From Bugula neritina (lineage: Eukaryota > Animalia > Bryozoa): DNA of 64,000 bases. Position 1 is the stretch's first letter. Every line of letters starts with the position of its first letter. Made by a program: the position numbers and the translations under genes. Below are positions 1 through 9,900 of this stretch, piece by piece. The notes under the pieces are model-generated. The model was given only the letters and a program-made list of their open reading frames with translations, did not search any database and was not told where the DNA came from. The stretch spans positions 124,001 to 188,000 of the forward strand of contig CAXIUT010000073.1 of NCBI GenBank assembly GCA_964035545.1. Reading direction: 5' to 3'.

Positions 1-31
1 GCCCCCTGTCCCCTCTAACAACCAGCAATCC

Positions 32-291
32 TGACTCATGTGAAATGTGTTATTGTTTTAGAGTTGGACCATGGGCCTACAGTATACGATTTGAAGTTTT
101 ATAGTTTACAGGCAGTCGAGATGAGTCACTGCTGAAACCCATTTTATTAGTAGACTATATTGCTCTTCAATCATCAGTTTTCATATTAAAACAGAAAGCT
201 CGTCTGCAGCGCCATTTCACAGTGTTATATTATGCTAGAGCAATAACTAATTTTAGATGCCTTTGCAAACATATGAGAAATAAATGAGTCA
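32..291. promoter_or_regulatory. Cluster of three AP-1/TRE-type sites (repeated in every unit)
   Basis: TGACTCA at 32-38, TGAGTCA at 122-128 and TGAGTCA at 285-291; all three extend to ATGAGTCA on one strand. The motifs are seen directly; binding is not shown. Confidence 0.5.
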
Positions 292-834
292 TTTTATGAA
301 AAGAGGTGTTTGCAGCACTTGTCCACTTTTGATTTACACGCGGCATGGAAACTTTTGTAGTTTCAAATACATCTCATACAAACTCATCACTTGCATGTGT
401 TTATACACTTGATAAAATTTTTTATGCAAAACTTGATGCCTGCTTCAAAGACACCAGTGCTTAATTACTGTGTTAACTGTATTGGCACGTTGACATGAGA
501 TATTTGGTAATATTTCGCATCACAACAAACTCTTCAGAAAGTTAAGAAAATCAGTCTAGAAAGTTAATGAAATAAACCTACCCGAAAGAGTAAGCCAGAT
601 GTAACAAGTAGATCCAAAACAAGTTGATTAACAATTGAAGTTGAAATCTCCATGTAGTCAACACTTTAGTCCTAATGTCAAATGCAAACGTCTGCAATCA
701 AACTGTGTAGACTTCGTGAGCTGGTTAGCTGACAGGACTCATTAAAGTTCTTAACTCTTGTGTGTATAGTGATGCCCATCTTGAACTAGAGAGGGCTGAC
801 TGAAGACTGCTACTTTGTGAAAATTGACAATACA

Positions 835-960
835 TATTATTATTATTCATTGTTGAGATTCACGACTGCCATAAACAATGATAAAATATCCATTGTTGGT
901 ACTACTGAGTAGAATAATATATAATATAATATTTTCTTGACAGATAAATAATATCATATA
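835..960. repeat. AT-rich low-complexity segment with short (ATT)n and (ATATA)-like runs (every unit)
   Basis: tattattattatt at ~836-847 and aataatatataatataatatt at ~913-933. Confidence 0.6.
848..897. promoter_or_regulatory. Cluster of three Sox/HMG-box consensus sites in alternating orientation (every unit)
   Basis: CATTGTT at 848-854, AACAATG at 874-880 and CATTGTT at 891-897, plus GACAATG about 20 bp upstream from unit 2 onward. The motifs are seen directly; binding is not shown. Confidence 0.42.
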
Positions 961-1324
961 CAGAATCTAACTTACCATAACTCTACAGTGCTTCACCTCT
1001 TCAACTTTTTCGGCAATGTTATTTCTTTGCAGTTAGAAGTACTAGCTGAATATATGACTATGAAACATAACCCTTCAATTTCATTGCACCAGCACCAGTT
1101 GCAAGATAGGTGTGTTGGGAGTTATCTTTCCTATAATTTTGCTCTTGGCATTTATACGAAGCAGACACAGGCTAATATTAGTTTTGTTATTTGCAAGAGT
1201 TTTTCTGTCTGATTGTCCATCAGCAAAAGTTTGCGCCCTGCAGTTATTATGGAAATACCAGTGCTGCTGGAAGACCTTTGCATTGTACACCCGCCTTTAC
1301 TATTGATTTTAGATGTTTTATTTT

Positions 1325-1352
1325 CCCACCCCCTCTCCTGCCCCCTGTCCCC
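1325..1352 (-). other. Canonical G-quadruplex-forming motif (once per unit, disrupted in a few old copies)
   Basis: Plus strand cccaccccctctcctgccccctgtcccc; minus strand GGGG-aca-GGGGG-caggaga-GGGGG-t-GGG fits the G3+N1-7 x4 pattern. Core copies read GGGG-aca-GGGGGG-caggaga-GGGG-at-GGG. Confidence 0.7.
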
Positions 1353-4300
1353 TCTAACAACCAGCAATCCTGACTCATGTGAAATGTGTTATTGTTTTAG
1401 AGTTGGACCATGGGCCTACAGTATACGATTTGAAGTTTTATAGTTTACAGGCAGTCGAGATGAGTCACTGCTGAAACCCATTTTATTAGTAGACTATATT
1501 GCTCTTCAATCATCAGTTTTCATATTAAAACAGAAAGCTCGTCTGCAGCGACATTTCACAGTGTTATATTATGCTAGAGCAAGAACTAATTTTAGATGCC
1601 TTTGCAAACATATGAGAAACAAATGAGTCATTCTATGAAAAGAGGTGTTTGCAGCACTTGTCCACTTTTGATTTACACGCGGCATGGAAACTTTTGTAGT
1701 TTCAAATACATCTCATACAAACTCATCACTTGCATGTGTTTATACACTTGATAAAATTTTTTATGCAAAACTTGATGCCTGCTTCAAAGACACCAGTGCT
1801 TAATTACTGTGTTAACTGTATTGGCGCGTTGCCATGAGATATTTGGTAATATTTCGCATCACAACAAACTCTTCAGAAAGTTAAGAAACTCAGTCTAGAA
1901 AGTTAATGAAATAAACCTACCAGAGAGAGTAAGCCAGATGTGACAAGTAGATTCAAAACAAGTTGATTAACAATTGAAGTTGAAATCTCCATGTAGCGAA
2001 CACTTTAGTCCTAATGTCAAATGCAAACGTCTGCAACCAAACTGTGTAGACTTCGTGAGCTGGTTAGCTGACAGGACTCATTGAAGTTCTTAACTCTTGT
2101 GTGTATAGTGATGCCCATCTTGAACTAGAGAGGGCTGACTGAAGACTGCTACTTTGTGAAAATTGACAATGCATATTAATATTATTCATTGTTGAGATTC
2201 ACGACTGCCATAAACAATGATAAAATATCCATTGTTGGTACTACTGAGTAGAATAATATATAATATAATATTTTCTTGACAGATAAATAATATCATATAC
2301 AGAATCTAACTTACCATAACTCTACAGTGCTTCACCTCTTCAACTTTTTCGGCAATGTTATTTCCTTCTAGTTGGAAGTACTAGCTGAATATAGGACTTT
2401 GAAACATAACCCTTCAATTTCATTGCACCAGCACTGGTTGCAAGATAGGTGTGTTGGGAGTTATCTTTCCTAAAATTTTGTTCTTGGCGTTTATACGAAG
2501 CAGACACAGGCTAATATTAGTTTTGTTATTTGCAAGAGTTTTTCTGTCTGATTGTCCATCAGCAAAAGTTTGCGCCCTGCAGTTATAATGGAAATACCAG
2601 TGCTGCTGGAAGACCTTTGCATTGTACACCCGCCTTTACTATTGAATTTAGATGTTTTATTTTCCCACCCCCTCTCCTGCCCCCTGTCCCCTCTAACAAC
2701 CAGCAATCCTGACTCATGTGAAATGTGTTATTGTTTTAGAGTTGGACCATGGGCCTACAGTATACGATTTGAAGTTTTATAGTTTACAGGCAGTCGAGAT
2801 GAGTCACTGCTGAAACCCATTTTATTAGTAGACTATATTGCTCTTTAATCATCAGTTTTCATATTAAAACAGAAAGCTCTTCTGCAGCGCCATTTCACAG
2901 TGTTATATTTTGCTAGAGCAATAACTAATTTTAGATGCCTTTGCAAACATATGAGAAATAAATGAGTCATTCTATGAAAAGAGGTGTTTGCAGCACTTGT
3001 CCACTTTTGATTTACACGCGGCATGGAAACTTTTGTAGTTTTAAATAATATCTCCAAACTCATCACTTGCATGTGTTTAGATACTTGATAAAAATTTTTA
3101 TGCAAAACTTGATGCCTGCTTCAAAGACACCAGTGCTTAATTACTGTGTTAACTGTATTGGCGCGTTGCCATGAGATATTTGGTAATATTTCGCATCACA
3201 ACAAACTCTTCAGAAAGTTAAGAAAATCAGTCTAGAAAGTTAATGAAATAAACCTACCCGAAAGAGTAAGCCAGATGTAACAAGTAGATCCAAAACAAGT
3301 TGATTAACAATTGAAGTTGAAATCTCCATGTAGTCAACACTTTAGTCCTAATGTCAAATGCAAACGTCTGCAATCAAACTGTGTAGACTTCATGAGCTGG
3401 TTAGCTGACAGGACTCATTAAAGTTCTTAACTCTTGTGTGTATAGTGATGCCCATCTTGAACTAGAGAGGGCTGACTGAAGACTGCTACTTTGTGAAAAT
3501 TGACAATGCATATTATTATTATTCATTGTTGAGATTCACGACTGCCATAAACAATGATAAAATATTCTTTGTTGGTACTACTGAGTAGAATAAAATATAA
3601 TATAATATTATTTTCTGGACAGATAAATAATATCAAATGCATATTATAACTTACCATAACTCTACAGTGCTTCACATCTTCACCTTTTTCTGCAATGTTA
3701 TTTCTTTGCAGTTAGAAGTACTAGCTGAATATATGACTATGAAACATAACCCTTCAATTTCATTGCACCAGCACCAGTTGCAAGATAGGTGTGTTGGGAG
3801 TTATCTTTCCTATAATTTTGCTCTTGGCATTTATACGAAGCAGACACAGGCTAATATTAGTTTTGTTATTTGCAAGAGTTTTTCTGTCTGATTGTCCATC
3901 AGCAAAAGTTTGCGCCCTGCAGTTATTATGGAAATACCAGTGCTGCTGGAAGACCTTTGCATTGTACACCCGCCTTTACTATTGATTTTAGATGTTTTAT
4001 TTTCCCACCCCCTCTCCTGCCATCTGTCCCCTCTAACAACCAGCAATCCTGACTCATGTGAAATGTGTTATTGTTTTAGAGTTGGACCATGGGCCTACAG
4101 TATACGATTTGAAGTTTTATAGTTTACAGGCAGTGGAGATGAGTCACTGCTGAAACCCATTTTATTAGTAGACTATATTGCTCTTCAATCATCAGTTTTC
4201 ATATTAAAACAGAAAGCTCGTCTGCAGCGCCATTTCACAGTGTTATATTATGCTAGAGCAATAACTAATTTTAGATGCCTTTGCAAACATATGAGAAATA

Positions 4301-6999
4301 AATGAGTCATTCTATGAAAAGAGGTGTTTGCAGCACTTGTCCACTTTTGATTTACACGCGGCATGGAAACTTTTGTAGTTTTAAATAATATCTCCAAACT
4401 CATCACTTGCATGTGTTTAGATACTTGATAAAATTTTTTATGCAAAACTTGATGCCTGCTTCAAAGACACCAGTGCTTAATTACTGTGTTAACTGTATTG
4501 GCACGTTGCCATGAGATATTTGGTAATATTTCGCATCACAACAAACTCTTCAGAAAGTTAAGAAACTCAGTTTAGAAAGTTAATGGAATAAACCTACCAG
4601 AGAGAGTAAGCCAGATGTGACAAGTAGATTCAAAACAAGTTGATTAACAATTGAAGTTGAAATCTCCATGTAGCGAACACTTTAGTCCTAATGTCAAATG
4701 CAAACGTCTGCAACCAAACTGTGTAGACTTCGTGAGCTGGTTAGCTGACAGGACTCATTGAAGTTCTTAACTCTTGTGTGTATAGTGATGCCCATCTTGA
4801 ACTAGAGAGGGCTGACTGAAGACTGCTACTTTGTGAAAATTGACAATGCATATTAATATTATTCATTGTTGAGATTCACGACTGCCATAAACAATGATAA
4901 AATATCCATTGTTGGTACTACTGAGTAGAATAATATATAATATAATATTTTCTTGACAGATAAATAATATCATATACAGAATCTAACTTACCATAACTCT
5001 ACAGTGCTTCACCTCTTCAACTTTTTCGGCAATGTTATTTCTTTGCAGTTAGAAGTACTAGCCAAATATATGACTATGAAACATAACCCTTCAATTTCAT
5101 TGCACCAGCACCAGTTGCAAGATAGGTGTGTTGGGAGTTATCTTTCCTATAGTTTTGCTCTTGGCATTTATACGAAGCAGACACAGGCTAATATTAGTTT
5201 TGTTATTTGCAAGAGTTTTTCTGTCTGATTGTCCAGCAGCAAGAGTTTGCGCCTTGCAGGTATTATGGAAATACCAGTGATGCTGGAAGACCTTTGCATT
5301 GTACACCCGCCTTTACTATTGAATTTAGATGTTTTATTTTCCCATATCCCCTCTCCTGCCCTCCTGTCCCCTCTAACAACCAGCAATCCTGACTCATGTG
5401 AAATGTGTTATTGTTTTAGAGTTGGACCATGGGCCTACAGTATACGATTTGAAGTTTTATAGTTTACAGGCAGTCGAGATGAGTCACTGCTGAAACCCAT
5501 TTTATTAGTAGACTATATTGCTCTTCAATCATCAGTTTTCATATTAAAACAGAAAGCTCGTCTGCAGCGCCATTTCACAGTGTTATATTATGCTAGAGCA
5601 ATAACTAATTTTAGATGCCTTTGCAAACATATGGGAAATAAATGAGTCATTCTATGAAAAGAGGTGTTTGCAGCACTTGTCCACTTTTGATTTACACGCG
5701 GCATGGAAACTTTTGTAGTTTCAAATACATCTCATACAAACTCATCACCTGCATGTGTTTATACACTTGATGAAATTTTTCATGCAAAACTTGATGCCTG
5801 CTTCAAAGACACCAGTGCTTAATTACTGTGTTAACTGTATTGGCGCGTTGCCATGAGATATTTGGTAATATTTCGCATCACAACAAACTCTTCAGAAAGT
5901 TAAGAAACTCAGTTTAGAAAGTTAATGAAATAAACCTACCAGAGAGAGTAAGCCAGATGTGACAAGTAGATTCAAAACAAGTTGATTAACAATTGAAGTT
6001 GAAATCTCCATGTAGCGAACACTTTAGTCCTAATGTCAAATGCAAACGTCTGCAACCAAACTGTGTAGACTTCGTGAGCTGGTTAGCTGACAGGACTCAT
6101 TGAAGTTCTTAACTCTTGTGTGTATAGTGATGCCCATCTTGAACTAGAGAGGGCTGACTGAAGACTGCTACTTTGTGAAAATTGACAATGCATATTAATA
6201 TTATTCATTGTTGAGATTCACGACTGCCATAAACAATGATAAAATATCCATTGTTGGTACTACTGAGTGGAATAATATATAATATAATATTTTCTTGACA
6301 GATAAATAATATCATATACAGAATCTAACTTACCATAACTCTACAGTGCTTCACCTCTTCAACTTTTTCGGCAATGTTATTTCCTTCTAGTTGGAAGTAC
6401 TAGCTGAATATAGGACTTTGAAACATAACCCTTCAATTTCATTGCACCAGCACCGGTTGCAAGATAGGTGTGTTGGGAGTTATCTTTCCTAAAATTTTGT
6501 TCTTGGCGTTTATACGAAGCAGACACAGGCTAATATTAGTTTTGTTATTTGCAAGAGTTTTTCTGTCTGATTGTCCATCAGCAAAAGTTTGCGCCCTGCA
6601 GTTATAATGGAAATACCAGTGCTGCTGGAAGACCTTTGCATTGTACACCCGCCTTTACTATTGAATTTAGATGTTTTATTTTCCCACCCCCTCTCCTGCC
6701 CCCTGTCCCCTCTAACAACCAGCAATCCTGACTCATGTGAAATGTGTTATTGTTTTAGAGTTGGACCATGGGCCTACAGTATACGATTTGAAGTTTTATA
6801 GTTTACAGGCAGTCGAGATGAGTCACTGCTGAAACCCATTTTATTAGTAGACTATATTGCTCTTTAATCATCAGTTTTCATATTAAAACAGAAAGCTCTT
6901 CTGCAGCGCCATTTCACAGTGTTATATTTTGCTAGAGCAATAACTAATTTTAGATGCCTTTGCAAACATATGAGAAATAAATGAGTCATTCTATGAAAA

Positions 7000-9900
7000 G
7001 AGGTGTTTGCAGCACTTGTCCACTTTTGATTTACACGCGGCATGGAAACTTTTGTAGTTTTAAATAATATCTCCAAACTCATCACTTGCATGTGTTTAGA
7101 TACTTGATAAAAATTTTTATGCAAAACTTGATGCCTGCTTCAAAGACACCAGTGCTTAATTACTGTGTTAACTGTATTGGCGCGTTGCCATGAGATATTT
7201 GGTAATATTTCGCATCACAACAAACTCTTCAGAAAGTTAAGAAAATCAGTCTAGAAAGTTAATGAAATAAACCTATCCGAAAGAGTAAGCCAGATGTAAC
7301 AAGTAGATCCAAAACAAGTTGATTAACAATTGAAGTTGAAATCTCCATGTAGTCAACACTTTAGTCCTAATGTCAAATGCAAACGTCTGCAACCAAATTG
7401 TGTAGACTTCATGAGCTGGTTAGCTGACAGGACTCATTAAAGTTCTTAGCTGTTGTGTGTATAGTGATGCCCATCTTGAACTAGAGAGGGCTGACGGAAG
7501 ACTGCTACTTTGTGAAAATTGACAATGCATATTATTATTATTCATTGTTGAGATTCACGACTGCCATAAACAATGATAAAATATTCATTGTTGGTACTAC
7601 TGAGTAGAATAAAATATAATATAATATTATTCTCTGGACAGATAAACAATATCAAATGCATATTATAACATTACCATAAATCTACGGCGCTTCACATCTT
7701 CACTTTTTTCTGCAATGTTATTTCTTTGCAGTTAGAAGTACTAGCTGAATATATGACTATGAAACATAACCCTTCAATTTCATTGCACCAGCACCGATTT
7801 CAATATAGGTGTGTTGGGAGTTATCTTTCCTAAAGTTTTGTTCTTGGTGTTTATACGAAGCAGACACAGGCTAATATTAGTTTTGTTATTTGCAAGAGTT
7901 TTTCTGTCTGATTGTCCATCAGCAAAAGTTTGCGCCTTGCAGTTATTATGGAAATACCAGTGATGCTGGAAGACCTTTGCATTGTACACCCGCCTTTACT
8001 ATTGAATTTAGATGTTTTATTTTCCCATCCCCTCTCCTGCCCCCCTGTCCCCTCTAACAACCAGCAATCCTGACTCATGTGAAATGTGTTATTAAGTTTT
8101 AGAGTTGGACCATGGGCCTACAGTATACGATTTGAAGCTTTATAGTTTACAGGCAGTGGAGATGAGTCACTGCTGAAACCCATTTTATTAGTAGACTATA
8201 TTGCTCTTCAATCATCAGTTTGCATATTAAAACAGAAAGCTCATCTGCAGCGCCATTTCACAGTGTTAAATTTTGCTAGAGTAAAAATTAATTTTAGATG
8301 CCTTTGCAAACATATGAGAAATAAATGAGTCATTTTATGAAAAGAGGTGTTTGCAGCAGTTGTCCACTTTTGATTTAGACGCGTCATGGAAACTTTTGTA
8401 GTTTTAAATAATATCTCCAAACTCATCACTTGCATGTGTTTATATACTTGATAAAGTTTTTCATGCAAAACTTGATGCCTGCTTCAAAGACACCAGTGCT
8501 TAAAACTGTGTTAACTGTATTGGCACGTTGCCATGAGATATTTGGTTATATTTAGCATCACAACAAACTCTTCAGAAAGTTAAGAAAATCAGTCTATAGA
8601 AAGTTAATGAAATAAACCTACCAGAGAGAGTAAGCCAGATGTAACAAGTAGATCTAAAACAAGTTGATTAACAATTGAAGTTGAATTCTCCATGTAGTGA
8701 ATACTTTAGTCCTAATGTCAAATGCAAACGTCTGCAACCAAATTGTGTAGACTTCATGAGCTGGTTAGCTGACAGGACTCATTAAAGTTCTTAACTGTTG
8801 TGTGTATAGTGATGCCCATCTTGAACTAGAGAGGGCTGACGGAAGACTGCTACTTTGTGAAAATTGACAATGCATATTATTATTATTCATTGTTGAGATT
8901 CACGACTGCCATAAACAATGATAAAATATTCATTGTTGGTACTACTGAGTAGAATAAAATATAATATAATATTATTCTCTGGACAGATAAACAATATCAA
9001 ATGCATAATATAACATTACCATAAATCTACGGCGCTTCACATCTTCACCTTTTTCTGCAATGTTATTTCTTTGCAGTTAGAAGTACTAGCTGAATATATG
9101 ACTATGAAACATAACCCTTCAATTTCATTGCACCAGCACCGATTTCAATATAGGTGTGTTGGGAGTTATCTTTCCTAAAGTTTTGTTCTTGGTGTTTATA
9201 CGAAGCAGACACAGGCTAATATTAGTTTTGTTATTTGCAAGAGTTTTTCTGTCTGATTGTCCATCAGCAAAAGTTTGCGCCTTGCAGTTATTATGGAAAT
9301 ACCAGTGATGCTGGAAGACCTTTGCATTGTACACCCGCCTTTACTATTGAATTTAGATGTTTTATTTTCCCATCCCCTCTCCTGCCCCCCTGTCCCCTCT
9401 AACAACCAGCAATCCTGACTCATGTGAAATGTGTTATTAAGTTTTAGAGTTGGACCATGGGCCTACAGTATACGATTTGAAGCTTTATAGTTTACAGGCA
9501 GTGGAGATGAGTCACTGCTGAAACCCATTTTATTAGTAGACTATATTGCTCTTCAATCATCAGTTTGCATATTAAAACAGAAAGCTCATCTGCAGCGCCA
9601 TTTCACAGTGTTAAATTTTGCTAGAGTAAAAATTAATTTTAGATGCCTTTGCAAACATATGAGAAATAAATGAGTCATTTTATGAAAAGAGGTGTTTGCA
9701 GCAGTTGTCCACTTTTGATTTAGACGCGTCATGGAAACTTTTGTAGTTTTAAATAATATCTCCAAACTCATCACTTGCATGTGTTTATATACTTGATAAA
9801 GTTTTTCATGCAAAACTTGATGCCTGCTTCAAAGACACCAGTGCTTAAAACTGTGTTAACTGTATTGGCACGTTGCCATGAGATATTTGGTTATATTTAG

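Larger units (their letters stand above)
1..7400. repeat. Diverged 'old' subfamily of the unit (about 5.5 copies; 1339, 1340, 1337, 1342, 1341 bp)
   Basis: Diagnostic alleles gcagcacttg, tttacacgcggc, ttaattactg, ggtaatatttcgc, gaaatctcc, gaagttttat and cttaccataactc, versus core alleles gcagcagttg, tttagacgcgtc, ttaaaactg, ggttatatttagc, gaattctcc, gaagctttat and attaccataaatc. Confidence 0.93.

Noticed and set aside
55-63. GTTTTAGAG, resembling the start of a type II-A CRISPR repeat
   Set aside because: Only a 9-nt match, altered in B units; the intervening 1.3 kb is repeated rather than unique spacers, and there are no cas genes.
118-138. GAGATGAG-tcactgct-GAAAC, resembling a minimal hammerhead core
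   Set aside because: The essential CUGANGA is absent (GAGAUGA instead) and stems I and III cannot be built. The segment instead forms a simple gcagtg/cactgc hairpin.
188-199. Minus-strand GCTTTCTGTTTT, similar to the body of miR-427; also minus-strand AAGTGC at ~315-320
   Set aside because: The AAGUGC seed is missing at the first site, the second site is lost in core units, and neither sits in a proper precursor hairpin.
174-390. Minus-strand GTGATGA ... CTGA as a C/D snoRNA
   Set aside because: The boxes are ~215 nt apart, with no terminal stem or recognisable guide, and the interior is variable.
726-790. Pol III A-box-like TAGCTGACAGG
   Set aside because: No same-strand B box or cloverleaf; not tRNA, 5S or a recognisable SINE head.
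800-822. CTGAAGA...GAAA hammerhead-like words
   Set aside because: Stem II does not close, and most copies have CGGAAGA.
1082-1103. CATTGCAC, the miR-25/92 family 5' end
   Set aside because: The complementary tgcaatg is ~60 nt away and pairing does not extend, so there is no precursor.
1310-1355. Purine tract on the minus strand as an LTR polypurine tract (tandem LTR array)
   Set aside because: No convincing TG...CA termini, primer-binding site or gag/pol remnants.
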